Of a stretch of 64,000 nucleotides of DNA, positions 44,793 through 56,186 are shown piece after piece (within the stretch, counting starts at the first letter, position 1; the number at the start of each line of letters is the position of its first letter). The DNA comes from Penicillus capitatus. Its lineage: Eukaryota; Plantae; Chlorophyta. Under the pieces are notes generated by a model. The model saw nothing but the letters and a program-made list of their open reading frames with translations. It was not told where the DNA came from and searched no databases. The position numbers were made by a program, and so were the translations under genes. The stretch lies in assembly GCA_965649825.1 (NCBI GenBank), contig OZ287700.1, positions 310,001 through 374,000 of the forward strand, in the 5' to 3' direction.

Positions 44793-46426
44793 ATGCATTC
44801 GACTTCCGAGCGTCCAAGTCGCCGAGTTGACGGTGGTCACGAGGGACGCGCACCGACGCCACGTTTTCGTCCCCGGCTCGAGGCCGTAGGCAAAGCCAAA
44901 TGCCGTTTTCTCAAGGACCACTACGAGGTGAGGGGCAAAATTGGAGAAGGGACGTATGGGCAGGTACGTGACGTCACTCTTGCGACTGGACCCTTGTGGG
45001 AACTTATGAAGAGCAGGTCTTTACTGCTATACACAATGAAAGCGGCGAGGAAGTTGCACTCAAGCGTATTCGAATGGACAGCGAGAAGGATGGGTTTCCC
45101 ATTACCGCCGTACGCGAGATCAAGATACTCAAATCGGCGGATCATGAGAATGTCATCCGCCTGCGTGAGATCGTTCGCTCTTCCCGTAAGAGTCAACACG
45201 ACAGCACCTCGATGATGTGATTGATGTGACGTTGTAGCCGAGGGGAACGCACCCGCTGGGTCAAAATGCGGCGTTTACATGGTCTTCGATTTCATGGAAC
45301 ATGATTTGACGGGATACTGCGAACAGATGAAGTTTAATCTGCCGACAGGAGAAGTGAGAGAAGCTGTGTCCAGAAGAGTGAGATGTGTGAGCGGTTGGAT
45401 CTTGCTGTTAGGTCAAGTTCTTCATGGAGCAGCTCTTAAAAGGCCTCAATGCCTGTCACCAAAACGGCATCCTGCATCGCGATCTGAAACTGTCCAACCT
45501 CCTGATCAGCAGAACTGGCAAGCTGAAGATTGCAGATTTCGGTCTGGCAAGACCCTATCAAGAATTTCCAGACTCGAAGATGACAAACAGAGTCATCACA
45601 TTGTGGTACAGGTACAGTTCTCACTCTTTCTCACACCTGTCTTTCGAAGTGGACGTATTGTAGACCGCCTGAGTTGCTGTTGGGTGCCGAAAGCTACGGA
45701 ACGGCGATTGACATGTGGAGCGTGGGATGCATCTTCGCGGAGCTCTTGGCTGGAAAAGCGATCTTCCCAGGGAACGGAGAACTGGATCAGCTCGAAAAGA
45801 TCTGTCAGATGTTGGGACCTCCGACAGAACGGACGATGCCAGGGTGCAGTCGATATGCAGGGCATGACCACTCTCTCCACCATCGGCCGATCGCAGACGA
45901 TGTTTGTTCGTGCAGGACAGCCCGTGTGGCCGTCGATCGATACACTTCGCCTAAGATTGCCGATTGGTGTCGCTCTCACAAAATCGATGGCCATGCCAAG
46001 GCACTTCTCCTCAGTCTGCTCAGTCTAGACCCCAACAAACGTCCCACAGCAGCAGATGCTCTGAAGGTATGCCTCGTGTAGGGCGCATCCAACATCCTTC
46101 ATCGTGGTTGTGTGCCATACCAGCATGCGTTCTTTCGTACGCCCCCAAGAGCATGTCATCCGGCCCGACTCGAATACATGGACCCTTCACACGAATACAC
46201 GGTGAAGATCAAGAAGAACGGTGGAAATCAACATCCGCCGCAGCAACCGCCGCAGCAGTCTGCACAGAACGTAGATCGACGTCATCATCACGGAAATCAT
46301 CATAACGATCGTGGATACAAGAGATACCATACCTACGGCCACGAGCAGCGAAAGTATCAAAGAAGGGTACGTGCGATCTCTTGCGATCTGATCACGCACA
46401 TCATGCATCTGTCTGTACAGAACTGA
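44793..46426 (+). CDS. CDKC: Cyclin-dependent kinase C (CDK9/12-like CTD kinase)
   Basis: IGEGTYGQV; [26 protein letters not shown]; [10 protein letters not shown]; DFGLAR; TNRVITLWY|RPPELLLG; Q/H-rich tail. The 3' end is approximate. Confidence 0.9.
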
Positions 46427-46499
46427 AGTCTGATATGTCTGATCGATGGATGTGATCGGACGACTTGCGCGTGTGTTTGGAGACATGGAGATAGATTGT

Positions 46500-47130
46500 A
46501 AGAAGCGCGTTTTGGATCGATCGATCGATCGATCGGATCTCATCAGCTAAACACCAATAGATTACACGTATGTGTTGTCTGTTATTTATCAACGACTATC
46601 TTGCCCAGCATGTGTCCGTTCATTCGTAGAATCCGGTCCTTGAAAAAGTAAGTCAATGTACGGAAGATGGTAGGTGGGAGTTTCATAGGGTTTAATGCAT
46701 CAGACATAGAAGATCTAACAGCTGTCAATGTATCATGTTAAGTGACTGACTGCAAACGAACGGACGAACGAACGGACGAGCAAACGAACAAACAAACAAA
46801 CAGACACTCATCTACATCGAAGACGACGACGATGACGACGATGACGACACCCACCCACCACTAAAACCACCCACCAAGAGAAATCAAGAGATCTAGACTT
46901 GGACGAAAATGCAGACGGATGATTTTGGGACGTGTCCAGCCACCTCTCTTCAGTTAATGCCTCTATTGCGCTATGTATGTAAGATCGATCAGTACGCACA
47001 CAGTAAGCAAGAAGACACAGATTTCAGTCAATCAACAGCAGAGAAAAGGCAAGAATTGGAATTGCATGTGTTTGTGTTGGCGTTGTATTGGCGTTGGCGT
47101 TGGCGTTGTTGTTGTCGTTGTTGGCGTCAT
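46500..47130. repeat. Cluster of simple-sequence repeats between convergent 3' ends
   Basis: (GATC)n at about 46516-46540, (AACG/AAAC)n at about 46755-46800, (GAC/GAT)n at about 46820-46848, and (TTGGCG)n(TTG)n at about 47085-47128. Confidence 0.8.
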
Positions 47131-47735
47131 GGCACAGAATGGGATGTCGTGAGATGTGTCAGTGCGCTCGCTGCTTGAACAGACTGAGCACGAAAGAGCA
47201 ACTCCTCTGCCATCTTCTTCCTCAAACGGATTGCGTATGTATGTGTTGTGTGTTCGATCGACGAGACACTGAACAAAACATGCGGCGCTCAGGTGTCCAG
47301 AAATAAGGAATAAAATAGGAAAAAATAGTATCCATGCAAAGCGATGATGATGAACCTATCATCTGAGCCTGCTGTTGTTGCTGATGCTTCTGTAGAACAG
47401 TGGAGTTGTCATGTGCTTCGTGTGAACTCAAGTGCTCGTAGTTGTGAACAAAATGATCAAAGCGCATGAAATACTCGTCTACTACTTTCCGAGAGATTGA
47501 TGATGATCATAATAAAATAGAAGGCAAAGGCAACCCACACATAACCACCGCCACCACAATCACACTTAGAAACGGAGCACAGCAATATCAAAAACACATC
47601 CCTTGATCTGGATACTGCACAGAAACGAGGCCAAAAGCATTTTTCCAATACTAAGGGAAGTCAAAGATGGTGCACGCTACATACATACAACAGATTCGAT
47701 ACGGTTGCAGCGAGGTAAGGAGGGAGATATGGGCT

Positions 47736-48895
47736 TTAAGGTTGGGCCGTTGCTTTGAAATGCTTCATGATGAAGCTCTCCAGCTCCAAGCGTGCCTCCA
47801 AGTACTTAGACCTCTTGCGAGCCGTCTCCTCCGAACATTCAGCCAGAATCTCAGCAACAGTTTGAGTTCCAATCTCGGCAGCCTGTACCTCCCACTGTGC
47901 CGTGACCAACTCAGACTGAATCCTCTTAAAGTCCGGAGCAGAACTCAGAGGCAATGCCTCAGAACACGCCAACAGATCTTGATCCGATACGCCCACTTCA
48001 CTCCTCAGACACTCGTAGCGATCCTGCAGCTTATTCAAGCTTTTTCCGATGAGCCTGTAACGTTCCTTGGAGAGGGACATCAAGTCGATCGCAGCTGTGA
48101 AATCCTCACAGCGAAAAGACTTTGCACGAGGCAACCCAGCAGTCTGCTTCTTCTTCAAAGCATTCTCTGCTATCCGGCGACTCCGTACTCTCTTAGCTGT
48201 GCCATTTGTCTGCGAGGATCGGGGTCGAACAGACAAGGGAGACGTCTTTCTTCGGGTTCGGCGATCTAAGTAGACTACGTCTGTACCATGTGCATTGTTG
48301 AGTGTATCATGATCCATTCGGCAGCCGCCGCCTCCGCCGCCGTCACGCTTTAAATAATGCGACACGGGTATCGAAAAGGAAGCTGGAGGCAACGGCCTGG
48401 AAACTCGCGTCGTCTACATCCATACACAGATGTCACACATTGCCTAATAGATTTCTCACTCTTTCTCACCTTCTTGCGTCGTCTTGGTGTTGTTCCCATT
48501 TTGGTCTTGTTGAGTCGTCGATGCAGACGAATGCCACAAGCATTGCACAGCGTTCGCGGTCCTCTGGGTCCATTCCTCCACTGCGGAGTTTGTGTCGTTC
48601 CACATTGAGCACAGCGTCGAATCTGCATTTTCACACCTGTCACATCATCGGCAGAGAACATCCAAGTGGACGTACATCGGCAGTAGCCATGGGCTCAGCT
48701 GGCTGCAAAGTCGGCACCAAACGTGCAGAATCGTCTTCTTCCTTGACAGGGAGTGAAGAACTGACGGAATGGTGATCTTCACAGACCTCCATCTGCACAA
48801 ACCAACAATTTCACGCGGAACTTCGCACCCTCTGCATTTAGCTATACCTCGTGATCGTTCTCTTGCTCAAGAGGGACGGTCGTCTGGACCTCCAT
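47736..48895 (-). CDS. GATA-type zinc-finger transcription factor
   Basis: [30 protein letters not shown] (CX2CX18CX2C, plant/fungal type) followed by a basic region. The spliced model starts [10 protein letters not shown] at 48895. Confidence 0.9.
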
Positions 48896-49576
48896 CGTAC
48901 GAACAGCGAACAAGCGCGGCTTTTTTGGTAACAAGTCAGAAATGGATGGATGGATTGGATGGCTCCACGTGCAGCTGCGAAATATGACCGCAAATACAGA
49001 TGGACACCTAACCACAGCAGTAAACACAACAAAAACGAATAACGTTCGAAATCCGCGCGCGTTCGACACTGCGAAGTTCAGTCGATGAATTTAGCAACGC
49101 AACGGGGAAGATACGTCACACCGATATGACGGCGTACTGGAGCGCGCCTGTAGAACAATGCACAACGACGCGACACCGGCCAACGCAGAGATACGTGACC
49201 GTTACGTCACCGATACACAACCACTTCCACTCCCAAAGAAACAGAAATACGCACTGCCCGCCCATGCCACCAGCACCCGAACACGCGCTCGAACGCACGT
49301 ACGCACGCACGTGACCGTTGCCGTACCTCAAGAAGTCGAAACGGCCGCAATGTACAGAAACGTTGATACAGAAGGCAAAGGGCAGACGCGGATGAAAACT
49401 GCCAAGTGTTTTTGCAGAATGGATCGTGCGATGAAAGATCGACCGCCTACGCGTATTTAGAGAATAAGCATACGATGACGTGGGCGGTGGTGAAGCTGCT
49501 GGGGTCATATAGTGATGTGACAGCTGTACACCGTCATTTCACATCTGGCGACGGGGATCGATCGATCGCAGGGAAG

Positions 49577-50333
49577 TCACTCTTTCTTTTCAACAGAGTG
49601 GAGCAGTCTTGACAAAGTTTGGGAGAGGACGTGATCTGCCAAGGTGCCATCCGAATAGAAGTACCTTCCGACGCTCTCGGTTACCTCCACGCGGTTTCTA
49701 CAGCACGGCATCGTCACACTCTCATACTTCCTGATGTGACAGGTCATACATTTCGGACTGGTGCGCGGAATGCGCCGCTTCGATGGTGATGGTGTAGTTC
49801 TCGGAGAATCTTGGCAGGACCGAGGAGATGCGCAGCGGGACCGTTCCCTTCTAGAAAACACTCTGTCCAAGAGCGATGGGACGTGACGCATCTCACCCTT
49901 CCTTTTTTCGTCACGAGTATAGCATCGCGCTGTTTCAGTTGAGCAAAGAGTGTCAACACAGCAGAGAGAATGATGTAGCCGGCGACGCAGACCAAAACCA
50001 GATACCAGTTCTGTTGCAATGATCCGGGATAGAACTGAGCGAGCAGAGCCAGGGCAATGCTACGGGGTATATCGTGTATAGATGTGTGGATATGGATCGA
50101 CGGCATCTTACGACAAAAAGCTCAGCAGGAGACGCACGTTCGAGAAGGAGTGATCCTCTTCATAACCCCATTCCACAAAACACTGCAAAAGAGTGAGAGT
50201 GTGAGATGGGGAGAGACGAGACCTCAGTCACGGCAGTGTCTAAGGCATGCTTCATGGCGGCGGTGTCGCCAAGAGCGACCTTCATGTCTTTCGCCGCCGA
50301 GCGCTTCGGTACCTTGGGTTTGCGCGGAGCCAT
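49577..50333 (-). CDS. SPCS2: Signal peptidase complex subunit 2 (SPC25)
   Basis: KVALGDTAAMKHALDTAVTE|..GYEEDHSFSNVRLLL; two TM segments; LRISSVLPRFSENYTITI; ESVGRYFYSDGTL. Confidence 0.85.
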
Positions 50334-50434
50334 GTGCTGTCGGTTGAGTGCGAGAGCGACGCGAGACGCGATTGACGTGGTGCGTTCGTGCGACGATCGA
50401 TCGCGTGTGCGTTCGTTCGCTTGGGTTGGTCGTC
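50334..50434. promoter_or_regulatory. Probable bidirectional promoter between SPCS2 and PSMB5
   Basis: Only 101 bp separate the divergent ATGs. The gap is CpG-rich and contains TGACGTGG (ACGT/bZIP-type core). Confidence 0.55.
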
Positions 50435-51497
50435 ATGAAAGCGCCGTTGGACCTTTCTATCCTCGATGCCTCTCGACAGCGCCATAAGGCGAAGCGCGCC
50501 TGTGGCAGTGTCGCCTCCGAACTCAAGCTCCAACGTTTTCCGCTGCCCAGTGTGACGAACGTACACACACGCCGTTCTCGACGCTTGCCGATCTTCGAGT
50601 GTCGATTGGCAGTATGACGATTTTCAGCATTCGGCGATGGAGCGTTTTAAGCCGGAGCACGGCACAACGACGTTAGGATTTATCTTTGCGGGTGGCGTGC
50701 TGCTCGCAGCGGATTCGCGTGCGACCCAAGGGAGCTATATTGGTAAGAGGGCACAGATGCACGTACCAACATTCTCGTGTGCCGAACTGTTCGTGTCTGA
50801 TCGAGGACAGCATCGCACATGACACAGAAAGTGATCGAGATCAATTCGTTCCTCCTGGGAACAATGGCTGGGACAGCAGGCGACTGTATATTCTGGGAGC
50901 GCTATCTCGGAATGCACGTACGTGTCGGCCTCATCGTTCTCTTGGACAAGGGAGGTGCACAGGCACGGCTTTATGAATTGGATAACGGCAAGCGTATTAC
51001 TGTGAGGGCGGCATCAAAGATGTTGTCCGATATTACCTTCAGATATCGCGGTTATGGTCTTGGCATGGTGCGTCAGGTCACTCTTCTGGACACTTGGTAA
51101 AAAGAGTGACTAGGGGACAATGATTGGAGGGTGGGATTTGAACGGGCCGAGTCTGTTCTACGTGGACAGCGACGGGAATCGAACACAGGGCCAAGTGTTT
51201 TCCGTCGGATCTGGATCGCTCTACGCATACGGCGTCCTCGATGCCGGCTACCGATGGTGCGATCGATGCTTTGCTGAATGTGTGACCTAAAGTGTGACCA
51301 GGGATCTGACAAATGCAGAAGCAGCTGAACTGGGCAAGCGCTCTATCTTCCACGCAACTTATCGAGATACGGCATCGGGTGGAACCGTCAGCGTCTATCT
51401 CATCACGGAGAACGGCTGGACGAAGATCTCGGGTACAGATGTCGATGATTTATACGAACAGTACACGACCGATCGACCAGAAGCATCTTTTGAATGA
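50435..51497 (+). CDS. PSMB5: 20S proteasome subunit beta5
   Basis: A spliced propeptide of about 59 aa ends KPEHG|TTTLGF; DSRAT; KVIEIN; GTMAG; YVDSDG; [15 protein letters not shown]; [11 protein letters not shown]. Confidence 0.95.
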
Positions 51498-51632
51498 CAC
51501 AGTCCATCTCTTTCAAATCCATTTCCGTTTCTCTGAGTCCTTCGTTGAGAAAGAAGTCGACAACGTGGCCTGCCATTGACAGCGATATCCAAACGGCCGT
51601 GACCGGTGGATCGTGTGTGATACGAATAAGGC

Positions 51633-52968
51633 TCACGGTGCTGCAGAGAGGCAGAATCTGAAATCGGGTTTGGCCATCGTTATGGCATAGGGTGAATGAA
51701 AGGTGCACGATACAATGGCTCGCCGCACGCCGGCAGGGTATCCTTCGATGATGACCTCTACGATCTCCTCTCGCATTGGCAAGGATGGAAACGTCACCTC
51801 CTGGATGTGGAGGGCCTCGCGTGTGTAGGCAGTGAAGGTTGTATTTTGGTAAGGAGCCAAGAGAGGCGTCCCATCATCCAAGGCGACGGTTACTGTCCAT
51901 CCACCCTCAGCAATGCCTTCCACTCTGGAAGAACATCTTTGTTAAGACGTCACATCAGATATGCTCCATCGGTACGGCGGTTCTGTGGATGGCTTCGATG
52001 CGACAATGCTGCAGAATCGAAGCATAGGTGAATGATCCAGAAATGTCTGAGCAGCCTCTTGAGACAGCCCTGCATCTGTCAGTTTCTCCACGAGGCATAC
52101 CGTTTGCGTCACCTGTCCACTGATGCCTGCGCGTCGCAACTGAACACACATACCCATTCTTAGAGACACATCGAGAAGCGGATATGCATCACTGGCTGAA
52201 AGGCAAATCGGATTGTCTTCTGGTCTACTGCCGCATCCTGATCTGGGTCTGCTGCCAAAGTGCCCATACCATCTGCCTCGACATCGAACGGCATCATGTG
52301 ACCTTTGTACATGCCTCTGGCAAGAGACCTGCTGCGTCTTCTTCGATGAACGCCGACAGGTTCCAGTTACCCGCTTTGGTCATCCACCAGTCCTTGAAGA
52401 GCTTTCTCTGCAGTGGCCGATCCTCGGCATTGAAATCGCACAGCAGATGGCATTCGACGATGGCATGGTAGCGCCGCAGAGGCGAGTTCTGTGCCGATGC
52501 CCCATGGGTCAGTATCTGAAAAAACGCCGTCGGCATGCGGCGATGCTGACCGAACAGCACAACGTCTCTCCATTGACGACAGACAAGCACAGCACTGTGT
52601 ATCAACTCCTCGACACTCAGGTGCTGAAACACACGCGTCAACACATCTTCATTCATCGCAACGAACGCCTCCATCAAACACATAGACCCATTGCGTCCAA
52701 TCCGACGGATACTGGAGAGGGTCACTGCCATGAAAGCTGTCGTCCTTATCGGTCCCTCACGCGTCCCGCTTAGCCACTGCCCTTTACCGATCCGACGGAC
52801 GCAGCACCGTCGACCCGTACACAAGACACGCCGCTGCCGAGCAGAGGAGCCCGAAAGAGAGGAGATCATTTCTGAATCCTCCGAAGCGCGTCCGACGGAA
52901 ACGTCGATTGAAGATTCCCCGAGCGGATCGCTGTCCTTGCTGAGCAATGTCATCACCTGGGGCTTCAT
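51633..52968 (-). CDS. F-box protein with a C-terminal FBA-like (FBXO2/6-type) domain
   Basis: F-box NEDVLTRVFQHLSVEELIHSAVLVCRQWRDVV. The C-terminal QTVCLVEKL..FLDHSPML and IEGYPAGVRRAIV resemble FBA-domain motifs. Start is approximate. Confidence 0.7.
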
Positions 52969-53213
52969 TGTGGTGCGCTTATGCGTCCATCCAGGAGGGG
53001 ATTCCACACCGTGTCGCTCTGTTGTAGTTGCTGTTCGCCGGGTCGATCTTCTTCACCGTTTCGCGTCAGTTTCTGCCAGATATGGAGCCATTGGATATGT
53101 CCAATCCGCCTACGGCACTGACATTCCGTTCCTAAAATCGCTGACATGCCATTGTGCTGCTGTTCTGTACATGGATTGGATGGTGACGCCACTCAAAAAC
53201 AGTCAAGTCCATC

Positions 53214-55737
53214 TCATGTCAAAGATTGCTTCTCAAACGGTCTCCGAACGATTCGGCGAAATGAAAGACGAATCAAATGCATCGCATTCCACGTGATTCG
53301 AAGGCAGTCCAAAATGATAAGAAATAACACAGATGGCCCGTTTTCGTTATGCTCTGAGAAAAGGGCACAGATGAGAAATACGATTTCGAGTCCTTCGTGA
53401 ACAGAAGGCGCTGCTCTCCTGAAACGGGAACCACAAGAGAGTGTATGAATTCGATGATGAGAGATGCAAGAAAAGACGCATAGGACTCCAGAAAAGATGA
53501 GAAGGAACCACAGGGGCAAGCCGGTAGCGGCAACGATCGCCGTGGCACACGCACGGAGGATCTGTCGGACGGGTGGCTTGGGTCGACGAAGAGGACGCAG
53601 AGACAATGGCGTTTCGATCTGGAAGCTCGTCATGACGATGGGATCCTGAGAGTCTACTGGCGGCGGCTCCCTCGATCGCACGGCCATTTCGATGCTGTCA
53701 ACGGGGAAAGGTGTTCGGCGAGCAGGGGATGTCTGCCAGTGTTGACAGTGATCCTTCCATCCAGCGTAGAACGCTGAAGCATCGTGCAGGCAGAGACAGA
53801 GGGCGGAGATGGCGGCCGTTGTCAGGCGGCGCATCTCCTGTTTGAGAGGCAGGAGGAAGGTCCACAACAGAAGTGGCGTCCAGATGGCGTGCAGCATCCA
53901 CACGCCCAAGAGCGCTCCACCTAGACACACAAAAGCCATCCACGATCTGTCGTCTGTCTCAAATCTGACGGACCTCTCTGTCCACGAAATTGCAGCAAAC
54001 AACAGAAGAGAAGAGAAGGTAGTGCCGTCAGGGCTGTTGTCTGCCAGATTCCGACGCTGGTCATGAACATGATAGGTTTTCTGAAAGAAGCCGTCTGGAT
54101 GAAAATCGCGGCGCCCATCAGCAACGAGATGCCAACGAGAATCGACGGAACCCAGACGAAGGCGCGTTGCGTGCAGCTGTGCACAAGATGCGCGCGATCC
54201 ACCGATATGGACTACTAGTAGAAATCACTCAATGGTTGACAGCGAGTGTCAAAGAACACATGCGCTTACGGTGCATGCGTGGTCTCCCCATGGCAGCGAT
54301 AGGTGAAACAGAAGCCACTGGAATGGACGGGCGAACTCCCTGAAGCAAGGAGCATGGTGAACGAGCCATCCGTGCAGTGGGACGAACTGAAAGAGGAAGA
54401 CAGAAGGAATCACTTGATCCAGCATCTCGTAACAGACACTCATGTGATCGACCCTCTCTCCCCCACTGCCTTAAAGAACAGATGCTCATGGAGGAAAGCG
54501 TCGAGGCGTTCTTGCTTCTGGCACTCGTCAGGAAGGCAGAGATCATGGATGCTGCGGCCAGAGACGCAAACACGGTTCCCGTTCTGCGACAGGGAGACAG
54601 ATCGGATGACGGTTCTTCGGGGAATGGCTCTGGGGGTTTCTGGGGCTCGTGTTTGTGTCGTGGCTTCTGCGGTATGACGGTCGTTGGTTCGTAACGCAGG
54701 AACTGTTGACGATCTTCTTGGAGGAGATTCCCTGCATAGTCCGCAACGGCTCCTTTCTGCATAAAGATGCCGATGGTCGATGCTGTGTGGGGAAACGGAA
54801 AGACGTCCAGCAGAACACGGGGTATCCCATCGCTGACGATGGGGTGCACGTGATGGGACTGCGCTCCGGTCACTCGAATGGCGGCATCGAACGATCGAGA
54901 TGACAGGTCTTGGCCACAGACACGACTGGAATCGCGAACCATCTCCAATGCTGAGTATTCGCTCGACAGCAACGACAGGGATGCTGTGCAGAAGAGTGTG
55001 CTGGATACAGCAAACACAGGCTCTGAGAATTCAATCAGGACCTGTCCCATCGGCACGTCTCCCTCCGTAAAGCCGCCGATCTGCCGAACGGAAACGACGG
55101 TTGGAGGAACGGTATCTTGCTCCACGGTGATATTCCTCGTCCAGTTTCCGATCACGGCCGACAATAGGATGGGCACAGCGATCTCGGTGAAGTCCATTTG
55201 GATGTCCATCGATGTGTTCAGGCGCTGAATCTGAATGTCCATCTCTGCCAAGGACCGAACGGCGAATTCTGTTGATGCCTCTTCATCCAGAGCCAGCATC
55301 TTTACACAAGACGCTGGATCGATGGTGCTGTTTGATGTGACAGGCGATGCACCTTGATGTCTCCATGAAGATCCTCCGGTGCAGATTTCGGCCGGCCATC
55401 GTTTCCAATGTACGCGATGGAGAGGGGCAGCAGAGGAGAGGAGAGATGCAGTATCCAGTTTTCTGGACAGGTGAATCGCCGTTTCGTATCTGGCTGTTGA
55501 AAGAGATCACAGAAGAACCACGAAAACGCTCCCTGAACCGACACCAATGTCCCCGTCTCCTACACCGCCACCATGACGGCCGTTTTGCTGCCAGTCGATT
55601 ACCGGATCTTCGATGAACCCACGACAGAAATCGGAAGATGTCATCAAGACAGGTCCCTCCGCCAACGATTTCAGCACAAGACAGCTCAGACAGACCTGCA
55701 GCCAGCACAGGATCCTTACGACGACCCCTTTCCTCAC
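53214..55737 (-). CDS. Secreted-ectodomain multi-pass membrane protein with a bacterial Ig-like (Big) domain
   Basis: Signal-like start MRKGVVVRILCWLQVCLSCLVLKSLA; DTVPPTVVSV..VLIEFSEPV..AVADYAGN (Big-type motifs); Pro/Glu-rich stalk; several downstream TM exons. Ends are approximate. Confidence 0.6.
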
Positions 55738-56186
55738 TCTTTAGCACTCTAACCGTTGCAATGAATGGCAGGGACACTTTGCCGCAGAGCTTTGGCAACA
55801 GGCCCTGCCAGCACATGCTTGACAGCGCTCTCGAGCAGAAAGGTGTGCGTGGTCGACGACACAGACGCGTCTTGATGAGGATGATGACGATGATAGGATG
55901 AGAGAAGATGATGAAGCACGTTGTTCATCATATTAAGACACATTCGATTCACTTCTTCTACGTCTTTTCCTCAGTTCTCATCCGAAGGTGTCTTTGCGCG
56001 GCAGTTGCCGTCCGTCTCCTCAAGACGACGCCTTCCAGTTCCGAACGCGCCGCTGCGAATCGTCAACAGTCGTGCGACGCAAACAAAGAGCACCGTTATC
56101 GCTGGTCCTGCGGCGGCTGGTTTGAAGCGAGTGGTATTTACACCCTCTTCGAAGCGGTGTCCAATTGTCTCAATTCGACGTACTCC

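Noticed and set aside
47222-47467. PolyQ-containing ORF (QKHQQQQQAQM) downstream of the GATA gene
   Set aside because: It lies in a microsatellite-rich 3' region with no domain or splice support; probably UTR.
50637-50663. PSMB5 with an abnormally short 9-aa propeptide
   Set aside because: An upstream exon from ATG 50435, spliced through GTACAC..GGCAG, restores a normal propeptide of about 59 aa.
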